A model generated the notes under the pieces. It worked only from the letters and a program-made list of their open reading frames with translations. It was not told the origin of the DNA and did not search any database. This document shows positions 12,745 to 60,900 of a stretch of 64,000 nt of DNA, piece after piece. The translations under genes were made by a program, and so were the position numbers. The stretch's first letter is position 1; each line of letters begins with the position of its first letter. The stretch spans positions 620,001 through 684,000 of the forward strand of contig OZ024750.1 in the NCBI GenBank assembly GCA_964016885.1, given 5' to 3'. The DNA is from Eledone cirrhosa. Lineage: Eukaryota.

Positions 12745-15700
12745 AAGTTTTCTAGTTCAGTCGCACCCTACCCACAGGAACAATAGTCTCGTACTTTATT
12801 AACATGTGCCGAGAGGTTTTATTCTAAATAAGTAATGACGTTATATCAACTATAAAACTATTGACACGCGCCACCTGCTCGTCTTTCTTATTTTTATAAT
12901 TTCTCGCCACCGTTTAATGCTTAGGATTACTTTGTTATGAAACAGACAGCTGCAGTTCTCATCCCTCTTCTGCCTGTCATAGCAAAGGTTTACAATGACG
13001 GCCATAGAAAAGGAATTTAATTTTCTTTCTCATAAGATTTTAGTATATAGTTTCATGCTTGGAAAATTACGCAATAAAACCAACAATACTCTGTAAACTT
13101 ATATAGAGGAACCTCTAAATGCCTTGCGGTATTTGTTCCAGCTTTCTGAACATTGGGTTCAAATATCACCTAGGTCAACTTTGCTTTTCATTGTTTGAGA
13201 ATCGACTAAAAAATAGTACCAGTCATGTGCGGGAAGACAACTATTAGAACGTTGTACAAGATGCCTTGCGGTATTTGTTTTCGCTCTTTGCTTTTTAGTT
13301 CAAATCTCCCTTGATGTTAATTGATTGTATATGTATATATATATATAGGAGATGAATAAGTTGAGTATAATACCAGTTTCTTACCAAATGGGAAGAAGCT
13401 CGATATATTAACCCCGTAGGAGAGGGCACATACTTATACACAAATATATGGTGTTGATGTAAACATGTATACAACATATACACGTGAATGTAAACATGTA
13501 TACAACATAAACACATGGATTATTGTTTTATTTCATTTTATTGATTTTATCTTACATTTTTCGAGTTTTCTTGTTTTGTCAGTTAGAGGTTGGATAGATT
13601 GCATTGCGGTATTCCAGCTCTCCGCTCTCTCAGTTCAAATCCTGCCGAGGTTAACTTTGCCTTTCATCCTTTCAGGGTCCATAAAAAAAGGTACCAGTCC
13701 AGAACTGGGTCGATTCTCTCTCTCTTATTCAGTAGTTTCGGAATGGTAAAGCAACCCTTTAAGGGGAAGAGGGCCGGGTGCCCGTCAATCAGACGAAGTC
13801 TACTTACGTGCGATTTGAGCTAGAGGAGCTTCGATTCGAGTATCGATCAGAGAGCAGCTGGGAGGATGGGAGAGCAAACAGGAGAATCAGGGAGCAGGCA
13901 GAAGGGTCTTTGAGATTTCCAGCCAACGGCTGTTGAAAGGTGTGTCCCACTGTGCCAGCTATACATAGAATATCGATCAGTTTTGATGATGAGTGTTCCA
14001 GTTGTTCGATCACCGAACATCATGCGTGTGAAATTAATATGTAATTAACCGAGACACGTTTACACAGTCACGTGTACCCTTAATGTATTTCTGAAATAGA
14101 TGCAAAGTGACACGGCTAGACCTTTAAATTACAGGTACAGTTCACCTGTAATAGACCTAAGGCTGGTACAGGCCACCCAACGGGATTCTAAACAGTTTCC
14201 GTCTACCCAATTTCACTCACTAAGCTCGGGTTGATCCGCGAGGATATGATAAAAGACACTTCCACGCAGTCTGATCGGACTCGACACCATTTGACTGAGA
14301 ATTGAAGATTTTATAACATATAACTGTCTTTTGATCACAATATCGAAAAAAGTTTGAATAAGTAAAACAAAATCAAAACCCAAACTGTTCTGACAAACGA
14401 CCTACCTTCTGTAAGTTAGAAACTCACCAATTCCAAATGTGATAATAGTTTATAAGTGATCAATGTAACCAGTGGCAATGTCGTCTGCCATCCAATATAA
14501 AGAACAGTGTTATATAATGTAAAGGTCTCCTTTGAACGTTTGCCTCAATATAGTGTTAGTTTACTTATGATGTTTAGTTATCTCTATTTTGTATATATAT
14601 GTGGGTATGTATGTGTGTGTATATATATATATGTGTGTGTGTGTAAATATATATGTGTGTGTATATATATGTATGTGTGTGTATATATATGTGTGTGTGT
14701 ATGTGTATATATATGTGTGTGTGTGATATTCCATAACTCGGAATGTTTCACAAAGCTAGAAAGAGGGTGGGGCTGCTGAGCATTTAAAGTTAAGAAAAAC
14801 GAAAAAGACGAAGAGAGTTGTGTGTAGGTGTTGGTGGAGGCTCGACACACTTTCTGAACATAAATTGTTGCTTACTCCATCGTCTGTGGCCCACAGACAA
14901 AGTGCTTGTCTGTGTGTTCACTTCCCCAACCCTCTTTTTTATGTAGTTATCATCTACCCTCCGCTCCCACCACAGTGCTCAATCTATATTTTATTTCTCT
15001 ATATCTTACTGAAACTTTCTAATGCTATTATTACCTCTTACTTCTCTTTTCCATTCTCTGACTTTCGCATAAAATTATGGTTTTATTATTTCTTACTGCA
15101 GAATTTCGGCTCTCTGAGTTTTGATTTCAAATTAGGCGATGGTTTCATTATTGCATATTTATTCCATAACAATCTTTGAAATATTTCCGACATAAAGTTC
15201 TACCACATGGTGACCTCCCGATGTGTGGAAGACTTAGGAAAGTTTAAACAGGTTTACTTCAAGGTGACCTCATCAGGACCACAGCAAAGTGATAAAAACT
15301 GATAATATTATAAAAGAAGAATAAACAGCTAAGTTATATTTAAAGTAGCTTCTTTAGAGATAAAACTGTCTCAAACGTGATTAGAATTACATATTTAGTC
15401 TGTTGTCACATGTAAGGCAGTTGATTTAGGGGTGGGGTGGGGTGGGGGTTCTGGGATCAAATCTCACCGAGGTTTATTTTCTTTCAAGGTTTATAAAAAA
15501 AAGGTACAAGCCCATTGCTGATGTAGCCCCCCTCCTCTCTCCTGTTGTCACATCATGAATGTTCTGCTGGATCAAGGGAGGGAAAGTTAAGGTGTCTGTG
15601 TCTGCTTGCAACTACATGACCACAAGCCTTAGTGAAAGTATGTTACTAAGTCATAGTCGATTACGAATGACGGCTGTAGTTATCTCAAGTGGATGGAACA

Positions 15701-16484
15701 GTGTCAATAACTTTTGTAGGCCTTGATAATCTGGAGAGATTAATTAATGCAGTTGATGTTCAGTTTTAACATCTGCAGGAAGAAAATATCAGTGAATTCT
15801 AGAGTGTTGCAATTTTATGGGGAAGGATTGGGCATAATAAGATGCTACCTTATATTTTGACGTTTATAGACATTTTTATGGACCACATCAAATATTCGCG
15901 GTTGCTCTAGGAACGGACACCCCTGCGAATACTGGGGAGTAAATATATACACACACACACATATACATATATATATAAACAGTCAGTAGGCACCTCTAAC
16001 AAAATACACCCCCGTCCCACTACCCCACCCCCTCGTTGGTACCACAACATCCAGTCTGAAACAAATGAGGTCGTGTAGGTGTCACGACAAAAAAACACAG
16101 TCCACGCTGTAATGTGGCCGTGTAGGTAACACGGTAAAAACCTCCCAGTCCACACTGTAAACGTGGTTGGTGTTAGGAAGGACATCCAGCCGTAGAAAAC
16201 CCACCAGACAGTCCTATACGAGCAGGACAACCAATCTTGCCTCAAGTGGGAAAACTCCCGTCCAAACCCATGCTAGCGTGGAAGATGGACGTTAAACGAC
16301 GATGATGATAAACACACACATACATAAATAAACACATAGAAAGAAAGGGAATACATAACAGATATGTTGCATGGTGTTGCCCTATTTGTTCACGTGCTGA
16401 AACTGCAACACATGCAAGAGATAACATTTTATGTATTTCCTTTATCTTAATTTTCCAGTTTTCACCCCAGATCTTACATGGCGA

Positions 16485-16779
16485 TAATAATAATATAATA
16501 ATAATAATAATAATGAAATATTGTGTACAGTGCTCAGGTGCACTACAACTCATCAAAGGTGTATGTATAGTACATAGGGTAATGTACAAATGTCAGGAAA
16601 ATGAACAGTGCATGAGTCATGATATACACATGTGTGCATGTGTATGGAAGGAGTACATCAGGTGTAGTTTTGGCGTATTTCGGGAAGCATGAGGGTTTTA
16701 AAGGATGCAGTGTCTCGGCAGCTAACAACTGACGCAGGCAGTTTGTTCCATGCTTCAGCAACTCTGAGCGTCAAAAAAA
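16485..16779 (-). mobile_element. CR1 3'-end fragment (same family)
   Basis: Reverse complement of the CR1 ORF end and 3' UTR seen at ~1640-1915, with (ATA)n tail on the plus strand. Confidence 0.88.
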
Positions 16780-16944
16780 TGATAGATAAGCAATTTCCAT
16801 GTAAATAAATATATGTGCAAACGTGCATATAAGCATGTGCACATTCTATGGTGTGTATCTATATCTGTCCACCTATGTTTTTAGATAAATGTGTTTATGT
16901 ATATAAATGTGTTTATGTATATAAGTGTGTATATGTATGTATAT

Positions 16945-17121
16945 GTAGAGGTAGACCACGAAAAACATGGGCGGAGGTGGTGAAAACAGACCTCAGATTG
17001 CTGAAGCTCACGGTGGAGATGACGAAGGACCGTGACAAGTGGAGAGATGCTGTGCTGAATAAGACCCATCCCACCCTTGCAAGCAGGGAAGAGCGGACGT
17101 AAAATGATGATGATGATGATG
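16945..17121 (+). mobile_element. RTE 3'-end fragment (same family as 20088-21930); another copy at ~5886-5995
   Basis: GRPRKTW...HPTLASREERT* followed by (ATG)n. Confidence 0.85.
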
Positions 17122-17149
17122 TATGTATATATGTATATCTGTGTGTATA

Positions 17150-17545
17150 TGTGGGGCAGAGGCTGGTGAAGTCATGACCACAAGGTCAAAAAGAGGCAAA
17201 CCACCCATTACCTCAGTGGCCAAGAAGACCCACACAGAAAGATGGAGCAGGTGGACCAGAGCCATATGGACCCCTGAAAACCATGATGAATTAAAGACAA
17301 TAATCACACATGCAGTGGGGGCCAGTATAAAACTAACTCTTAAGGAACACATGTTCAAATTTAATGGCAAAACATATGCCCAGGAGGAAGAGTAGCCATT
17401 GGTGTTAGCATTGCAGGTGACATAGCTAACCTCTTTATGGTATGGTGGGACAGAAGACTTAAGGAACAATTAGACGATAATTTTATAACCCTGACTATGT
17501 ACTCCCGCTATGTAGAACACTTAAATATCGTAGTAAAAACACCCG
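17150..17545 (+). mobile_element. Decayed Penelope-like reverse transcriptase fragment
   Basis: Reads EHMFKFNGKTYAQ, then a frameshift, then VAIGVSIAGDIANLFMVWWD...YSRYVEH. This is the PLE RT Q..G.A.G / ANLFM / RYVDD layout with YVDD degraded. Confidence 0.72.
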
Positions 17546-17834
17546 CAAAAGTTTATCTATGACTATTAATAAACAAAGAAAAAATACTGGTAACAAAAGA
17601 AATAGTTACAACAGATATTTATATATAACATTTTATTTTCATCACATTATTAGTAAATAGCCAACAAATACATTAATATTTACACCCTAACTGAAACCAA
17701 TGCAGCTGCAGTAGCAAGCATTTTAAAGCTTTCCCTGCTAAAGCAAGGGTTAGCCTTGTGAGCCCCACAAAAAGCTCCATGCCCATCATGGGGTCCTTTC
17801 TCAAACAGTCCTTCTTCTAGAGAACTGTTATTTA

Positions 17835-52518
<34,684 letters not shown>

Positions 52519-52817
52519 TTTGATAATGAGTTCCTGGAAATACATCAGATTAGTTTATGGTTAAAATGTTGTTATTTGACAAGGTGGTTATGCTGGTGAC
52601 CCAACAAAACAGAATTACCTAGTCCACTCTGTAAGGTCATCGTACTGGTGCCGTAAAAAGGCTTCCAGTTCACACTGAAATGTAGTTAAGAAGGGCATCC
52701 AGCTGTAGAAAACAGCCCATCTAACTGATACAAACATGGAAAATAGACGTTAAATGATGATGAATAAAATGTGTAACCAATCCTTCCCAAGTACAAATAA
52801 ACCATTTATTATTGTTA

Positions 52818-53152
52818 CTAGCTGACGTACCCAGCTTCACCTGGGTAAACAGATGATAAGAGAAGACAGGTAAAAGAGAAAATGACTGTATTGGATGTTT
52901 GTCTGGTTACAGTATGAGGTGAGTCCGTGGTGTTTGTGTGATACAAAAAACAGTGAAAAAAAATCTTCCAGATATACCAGATTCTTCGTTGTACTGTTTG
53001 TGCTCCCACCTAGAATAGTGACCTCTAGGAGATGGTTCATCTTCTGCCTGACTGTAAAACGTGTATCATTGCATAGACGTGGTTGTTCCATGTTTCTCAA
53101 AAGGATGATGGAAGTTCCAATCTTTTATATTATATGTAGATATAGATATAGA
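52818..53152 (-). mobile_element. Non-autonomous Helitron-like element
   Basis: Minus strand begins TC(TATATC)n, ends with hairpin CCCAG-GTGAAG-CTGGG then CTAG, and sits between host A and T. Confidence 0.7.
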
Positions 53153-53769
53153 TAATTAATATAAAAGATGTCCGTCAATGTAAAAAAGGTCCCTATTTAC
53201 TTGAAATGGTTTATACAAATGCCAAATTAATATGTATATGGATAACATGCTTATCTATAAGTGGTGAGCTATAATAATAAAACAACAAATTAAATGACAC
53301 AAAAATAAATATAAAAGATGTCCGTCAATGTAAAAAAAGGTCCCTATTTACTCCCTTCACAACTCTGTGTATGTTAGACTGACAGACAGGCACACAGACA
53401 GATAAACTGCGTGGCGATTGTGGAATACTGCGTACACACACGTACATGCACGCAAACTTACACACATGCACACATGTTGATAGTTTTTACTTTCTGTGGA
53501 ACGCTGCACGCACACACACACATAAACAAACGCGCACGTACATACACACACACACGTTAATAGTTATTGCTTTCCTTCCCCTCTTATTTCCACACACATC
53601 ACACACGTCTCATTGGCATTATGCATATTAATTTAAGTTTGGCGTCGTTGAGGTGGGCGGAGTCGTTTGAAACCTACGAACCAATGATAATCGAGAATTA
53701 TGACACACGGAATACTGACATTGTTGAAATTAATATATATAATATATATATGGCTATTTAATTGAAATT

Positions 53770-54160
53770 GTAATGTTGTTGTTCAAGGCAGGGAACCGAC
53801 CTGGACTGTGACGACGAAAAAGCGGGAGTAGTCTTAACTCGTCGACGATGGATTCGCAACGGCTTTTATGTGGCTCACTCACGTGGGGGCCAAGTGACTA
53901 ATTCACTCATCGCCAGGAAGGGCACTGGTTGATGAGAAGGACACTGAATTGAGCCACACACAGCTGTTTGGTTGTGAGGCCGGTGAGACGGTGTTGGTCC
54001 AACGAAGACTCAATCCGTAAGTTGACCTGATGTCGTCCCAGATCTGTCGGTATGATGCATACTGAGGGACACTGAGTCCTTCCACAACTGAAACCACCAG
54101 AGTTGAATCGAGTAAATAAAATTTGTTTATGCAAGCAGATCTTAAGTTTCTTTTACAACA
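53770..54160 (+). mobile_element. Possible solo LTR
   Basis: GC/CpG-richer ~390-bp block with TGTTG...CAACA ends and AATAAA ~45 bp from the 3' end. No convincing TSD. Confidence 0.4.
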
Positions 54161-55109
54161 CTACAAATAGAGTTTTTATGTACTCAAATAAATGTAAAAT
54201 ATATTTTTGTAGCAAAGTTGTAAGAGGTATATTTTTAATGGAACTAAACCGATCACCTGCATTTAACCCTCACACGACTCTACTTCAATTAAATCAATGA
54301 AGAATTTTGAGAGATTTACTAAAATTATTATTTCATAATTATGATACTAACTTAACATGTGGTTGTTATATTGCGTAATTGTATTTTAAAAAATCAGAGA
54401 GTTACTCCAGGTAGAGCCGCTACTTCTCTGAATTGAGAGATTACAGCTCCGATACTATGGACATGTTGTTAGAATGTCTCGGGAAAGAATCTCTGGACAG
54501 ATGTTACGGGCAACCGAAAGGAGACAGAACAAGATGGTTGGATAACATCCATGAGCTTGGTTGGTCACTTTTGGAGAACCAGTCGGATCAGTTGGAGACG
54601 GTTGCTTCTGACAGGACCCGCTCGAGGGTGTGTTTGAGGACTCTGCCCTCCATGACCCTCTTACAAATAAGTGGGCGAAGAAAGAAGTATCAAACCAATA
54701 TGTTTGAGCATGTTGTTCACAACAATTGTGTAAAAACAACTAAAACTTTAACAGCAGAAAATTCCCCGCTAAAATGTAAACAAAACCGCAATTGCTTTAA
54801 AATGAGAAGAGAAGCGGAATTATGGAAATTCTTCACACTTTTAGATCTATGTGTAAAATACGACTTAAAAACTGAGAATATCGAATCTAATATAATTAAT
54901 TCTAAATGCAATTAATCTTTGTTTTCTTAATTAAAATAATATAAAAATAATTATTGTCCCAAAATTAACTTACAAAATAGTCGTCGGTATATAAATTATA
55001 TCTTTAATAGAAAACAAATACCATAGACATAAGTTTTAAACCCAATATAGTTATACTAATAATTAATATATTAATCTAAGTAGAGTTTAATTGATGTTAC
55101 GTTAATTAC

Positions 55110-55350
55110 CTGTCTTCGAAATTTGGCAGAAATGTTTTAGTTGAGAACTTCCGGTGAAGAATTCCATAACGAGGCTGAGAAAATAAATTAGATAGATGGC
55201 GCTGTTTAGAGATTTGACCAATGAAAATTGAGCTAAGAATTTCAACAAGGAACCGCGGTCATTTCAATTTAATATTTTACTTTTAGTTATCTTTGTAACT
55301 TTTAAATTTTATTAATTTTATATTACGATTGGAATATTTTATTTTGTTTG
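55110..55350. promoter_or_regulatory. Putative bidirectional promoter and first non-coding exons of ANAPC4 (-) and ARHGAP19 (+)
   Basis: Minus-strand donor CAG|GTAATT at 55110 and plus-strand donor TTG|GTGAGT at 55350. Between them: ETS motif ACTTCCGGT (55147), YY1-like AGATGGCG (55194), CCAAT (55218) and ATTGG (55328). Confidence 0.6.
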
Positions 55351-56191
55351 GTGAGTTTAATGTTTCTATTTCTGTCACATATTCAGCTAAACATGTCGAC
55401 GTCTTTTCTGACATACAACCAGATATTTACAACTTTAGCGTAAATCCCTTCGTTTTCATAAAAAGAAAGCCCAACACTGTTGGTGTTTCTTCTTTTATTG
55501 CCACAATTAAATTAGCGATGATTAATTAACAAACTGTAGTAATAACATAAATAAAGTCACCACTGTTAAAATTAAACAAAACAGTAAAAATAATAACAAC
55601 AATAACGGAATATTTCACAAACTTTGCTGCACCTTTTGTAAATAGTTTGTCGGTTCTGCTTCATATATTCCACTCTAAACAATAGATTAATATATTTTAA
55701 TGTCCCATTTCTGATTGACATTATTTTGTATGTTATATTCTCTTAAATTACGAGGTTTAGTTTGTAGATATATATTATTTCATATAATTATAACATTCTT
55801 AACCACTCCTGTTTCTTCCCAGAATTTCAAAAATGTTTTCCACTGATAAGGAAAGTAGTAGTAAATATATAAATAATTTCTGTATCTATATAAATTGTAA
55901 ATGAGCACATTTCAAAATAAATCATTTATATATCAGAATCCGGTTTCTTTTTATTGTTTCAAATGACATAGATCCCCAACTGCCAGAATGTTGAGGGGGT
56001 GTGAGGGTGATGTGATATTCTTCCTTGGGACCCTCACTTTCTGCTGAGTCACAACAGTACCATTGTTAAAGTACGGCGACGTGTCGCAGACATTTAAAAC
56101 TCCGGCAGAACCCATCCCTTGGCATGTCTGACAAAACAACCGATTTCTTCCAAAGAAGAATCGACCCCAGTTTGAACTCAGATCTCTGAAG

Positions 56192-56393
56192 TACGGGGGT
56201 CAGCTGAAAAGTTTGTAGTCTGACAAAGATCCTCTCGTGGAATGACCAAATGTGATTTATTTTTCAACATAGTCCCTGGAAAGAAACAATGCAGTTATTA
56301 ATGAGAAGAGTTGAAATTAATACATGTAAGATTTCACAGCTCTAGCATCACTCCTTCATAGTCAGTCTATGAACTTTACAGTCTACCCTCGTA
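56192..56393. mobile_element. Mariner-type MITE; other copies at 361-550, 19903-20088 and partial at ~46650-46815
   Basis: TA-flanked terminal inverted repeats TACG(A/G)GGG...AAAAGTT...GAC and a shared internal sequence between copies. Confidence 0.8.
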
Positions 56394-57667
56394 TTTGAAC
56401 TCCGAGAACCAGAATGAACACAGCAAATCCTTCATTCTACCGACCCTCTTGCTATAATTAAAGGAAAGAACAAATACATTCCTATAGGAGAACCAAGTTC
56501 TTAATTTAGGTCATTTTGTTCAGATTTCCGTTACATTCTCCGTATTTGCCAGAGTAATTAATAATATTGCAAGTAAAATTAAAGATAATAATTTCATTAT
56601 ATATATAAATGTAATTGCTTTTAAAAATTTGATTTAATAAATGGTCTTGATTAGTAGTTTTGGTGAAGTCTTTCAAACAATAGCTTGGCTATCTTTGTGT
56701 GTGTGTGTATGTAGTATTATTTTTTTTTTCATTATATATGTGAACATGTTTATTTTATATTGTCTGGGGTTTCTTGTAATGTTTTATGATCATATATAAT
56801 GGTTTGGAAGATAAAATAAAATGTATTACATTAATGCCAAGTGCAGTTCTAATATTATATAAAGTAGTTGGCATACAAACGGAACAACTTAAGGTTTGAA
56901 AGGATCCAGGATATTGGGAGCTCGAAATAAGAAAACTAAAATATCTAGCCAGATTCACCAGAGACAGTGTTCCACTCCCATGTCTCTAATATGGTGACGA
57001 GATATTTTCTTTTTTTTTTTTATTTCTCGCTATGTTGTCATTGATATCTCTTCAATCACGAACATGCAATAAGAAATTCTCGGTAACATTTAATAAAAGC
57101 ATTTTCAAAAACTTTTTTTAACCTTAGAGGAAAAAAGATAGCAGCCATAGCTGTATTTTTGCAAGGATTCTAAGTCTTGGGGAAGAAACCAGAACTCCTA
57201 AGTTGAAGCTGTAGAAGGAAACACATTAAGATATTGTACTTCCTAAACCAGAGGTCTGGTCAACATTCTTGCAACAAAATGAACTCTACCAAAGGCAAGG
57301 TGGTGATGTTTAACTAAGAAATGAATTATGGCCACTACACATGAACAAGTAGAATTTAGTGAGCTTCTACACAGTTTCTGTCTCATTGTGGTTCTTGGTT
57401 TGTTTGGAAACTATGGTAGAATAGATTTGGACCAAAATATTGAGCAATGAGATTAGACAGGTATCGTATATACTCGAATATAAGCTGACCCATTATTTTT
57501 TGTCTAAGAGGTGAGCAAAAAATTCAAACCTTATTTGCGTAGAATTTGAAGTTGGTGAAAATGTTCAAAATATTGACCCCCGAATATAAGCTATCCCCTT
57601 TCTATCATTGATTCTTTTGGTCGCATATTCCTTCTCAAAATAAATAATATCAACAATAGATTCGATA

Positions 57668-57885
57668 TTGTGTGAGGTAAAGCCTTTACCATGAAAACAA
57701 TAGTAAATATAGAGTAATGTAAATATGTGAGGTAAAGCCTTTACCGTGAAAATACAATAGTAAATATTGTGTGAGGTAAAGCCTTTACCGTGAAAATACA
57801 ATAGTAAATATTGAGTAATGTAAGTGTAATGTGAGGTAAAGCCTTTACTGTGAAAATACAATAGTAAATATAATGTAAAGGGTTA
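57668..57885 (+). repeat. Four-fold tandem duplication inside a TTAA-type MITE end
   Basis: TGTGAGGTAAAGCCTTTACC(A/G)TGAAAATACAATAGTAAATA x4, ending AAAGGGTTAA. The same motif occurs once at ~34457. Confidence 0.8.
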
Positions 57886-57960
57886 AGTGGTATTTCTTGG
57901 CAGTATTTGTTTTATGTTATTCTTTTTTATATATTTATTCTTAATATTTCTGTTTAGATT

Positions 57961-60900
57961 ATGCCGGCACTCCAGAAGGATTTGAACAAGAGCGTTATCC
58001 GGCTTAGGAATTGTATGCCAGAGAAGTTCTTCTCATTATGTCTAATGCACCTATCTGTTGTACTTGATTTAAATGACAATGGCTTGGAGGAAATACTATC
58101 TGATAACAAACCCAAAAAAAATCTGACTCCACTCCGCAAGAAGAAAAATGGTCAGATATTCTCTATCTTTATTTCATTTCTTTTTTTTTTTTTTTTTTTT
58201 TTTTTGTGTGTGTAAAAAGCATCCAGTCCACACTGTGGTTGGTGTTAGGAAGGGCAGCCAGTCCACACTGTGGTTGGTGTTAGGAAGGGCAGCCATTCCA
58301 CACTGTGGTTGGTGTTAGGAAGGGCAGCCATTCCACACTGTGGTTGGTGTTAGGAAGGGCAGCCATTCCACACTGTGGTTGGTGTTAGGAAGGGCAGCCA
58401 GTCCACACTGTGGTTGGTGTTAGGAAGGGCAGCCATTCCACACTGTGGTTGGTGTTAGGAAGGGCAGCCAGTCCACACTGTGGTTGGTGTTAGGAAGGGC
58501 AGCCAGTCCACACTGTGGTTGGTGTTAGGAAGGGCAGCCAGTCTACACAGTGGTTGGTGTTGGGAAGGGCAGCCATTCCACACTGTGGTTGGTGTTAGGA
58601 AGGGCAGCCAGTCCACACTGTGGTTGGTGTTAGGAAGGGCAGCCAGTCCACACTGGTTGGTGTTAGGAAGGGCAGCCAGTCCACACTGTGGTTGGTGTTA
58701 GGAAGGGCAGCCAGTCCACACTGTGGTTGGTGTTAGGAAGGGCAGCCAGTCCACACTGTGGTTGGTGTTAGGAAGGGCAGCCAGTCTACACAGTGGTTGG
58801 TGTTGGGAAGGGCAGCCATTCCACACTGTGGTTGGTGTTAGGAAGGGCAGCCAGTCCACACTGTGGTTGGTGTTAGGAAGGGCAGCCAGTCCACACTGTG
58901 GTTGGTGTTAGGAAGGGCAGCCAGTCTACACAGTGGTTGGTGTTAGGAAGGGCAGCCAGTCCACACTGTGGTTGGTGTTAGGAAGGGCAGCCAGTCCACA
59001 CTGTGGTTGGTGTTAGGAAGGGCAGCCAGTCCACACTGTGGTTGGTGTTAGGAAGGGCAGCCAGTCTACACAGTGGTTGGTGTTGGGAAGGGCAGCCATT
59101 CCACACTGTGGTTGGTGTTAGGAAGGGCAGCCAGTCCACACTGTGGTTGGTGTTAGGAAGGGCAGCCAGTCCACACTGTGGTTGGTGTTAGGAAGGGCAG
59201 CCAGTCTACACAGTGGTTGGTGTTAGGAAGGGCAGCCAGTCCACACTGTGGTTGGTGTTAGGAAGGGCAGCCAGTCCACACTGTGGTTGGTGTTAGGAAG
59301 GGCAGCCAGTCCACACTGTGGTTGGTGTTAGGAAGGGCAGCCAGTCCACACTGTGGTTGGTGTTAGGAAGGGCAGCCAGTCCACACTGTGGTTGGTGTTA
59401 GGAAGGGCAGCCATTCCACACTGTGGTTGGTGTTAGGAAGGGCAGCCATTCCACACAGTGGTTGGTGTTAGGAAGGGCAGCCATTCCACACTGTGGTTGG
59501 TGTTAGGAAGGGCAGCCAGTCTACACAGTGGTTGGTGTTAGGAAGGGCAGCCAGTCCACACAGTGGTTGGTGTTGGGAAGGGCAGCCAGTCCACACTGTG
59601 GTTGGTGTTAGGAAGGGCAGCCAGTCCACACTGTGGTTGGTGTTAGGAAGGGCAGCCAGTCCACACTGTGGTTGGTGTTAGGAAGGGCAGCCAGTCTACA
59701 CTGTGGTTGGTGTTAGGAAGGGCAGCCAGTCTACACTGTGGTTGGTGTTAGGAAGGGCAGCCAGTCCACACTGTGGTTGGTGTTAGGAAGGGCAGCCAGT
59801 CCACACTGTGGTTGGTGTTAGGAAGGGCAGCCAGTCTACACAGTGGTTGGTGTTAGGAAGGGCAGCCAGTCCACACAGTGGTTGGTGTTGGGAAGGGCAG
59901 CCAGTCCACACTGTGGTTGGTGTTAGGAAGGGCAGCCAGTCCACACAGTGGTTGGTGTTGGGAAGGGCAGCCAGTCCACACTGTGGTTGGTGTTAGGAAG
60001 GGCAGCCAGTCTACACAGTGGTTGGTGTTAGGAAGGGCAGCCAGTCCACACTGTGGTTGGTGTTAGGAAGGGCAGCCAGTCCACACTGTGGTTGGTGTTA
60101 GGAAGGGCAGCCAGTCCACACAGTGGTTGGTGTTGGGAAGGGCAGCCAGTCCACACTGTGGTTGGTGTTAGGAAGGGCAGCCAGTCCACACTGTGGTTGG
60201 TGTTAGGAAGGGCAGCCAGTCTACACTGTGGTTGGTGTTAGGAAGGGCAGCCAGTCCACACTGTGGTTGGTGTTAGGAAGGGCAGCCATTCCACACTGTG
60301 GTTGGTGTTAGGAAGGGCAGCCAGTCCACACTGTGGTTGGTGTTAGGAAGGGCAGCCAGTCCACACTGTGGTTGGTGTTAGGAAGGGCAGCCAGTCTACA
60401 CTGTGGTTGGTGTTAGGAAGGGCAGCCAGTCCACACAGTGGTTGGTGTTTGGGAAGGGCAGCCAGTCCACACTGTGGTTGGTGTTAGGAAGGGCAGCCAG
60501 TCCACACTGTGGTTGGTGTTAGGAAGGGCAGCCAGTCTACACTGTGGTTGGTGTTAGGAAGGGCAGCCAGTCCACACTGTGGTTGGTGTTAGGAAGGGCA
60601 GCCATTCCACACTGTGGTTGGTGTTGGGAAGGGCAGCCAGTCTACACAGTGGTTGGTGTTAGGAAGGGCAGCCATTCCACACTGTGGTTGGTGTTAGGAA
60701 GGGCAGCCAGTCCACACTGTGGTTGGTGTTAGGAAGGGCAGCCAGTCCACACTGTGGTTGGTGTTAGGAAGGGCAGCCAGTCTACACAGTGGTTGGTGTT
60801 AGGAAGGGCAGCCAGTCTACACTGTGGTTGGTGTTAGGAAGGGCAGCCAGTCTACACAGTGGTTGGTGTTGGGAAGGGCAGCCAGCCGTAGAAACCAAGT

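Noticed and set aside
15429-15448. (GGGGT)4 G-quadruplex motif
   Set aside because: Sits within a decayed SINE in intergenic DNA; simple repeat with no functional context.
54433-54915. 160-aa plus-strand ORF near the promoter
   Set aside because: It overlaps a dispersed repeat (GAGA(T/C)GGTTGCTTCTGACAGGACCC, also at ~37958 and ~39405) and has no recognisable domain or splice support.
58223-60881. CRISPR-like array or repetitive ORFs (MVGVRKGSQSTLW...)
   Set aside because: Units are head-to-tail with no unique spacers, there are no cas genes, and the array lies in a eukaryotic intron. The ORFs are by-products of the 35-bp period.
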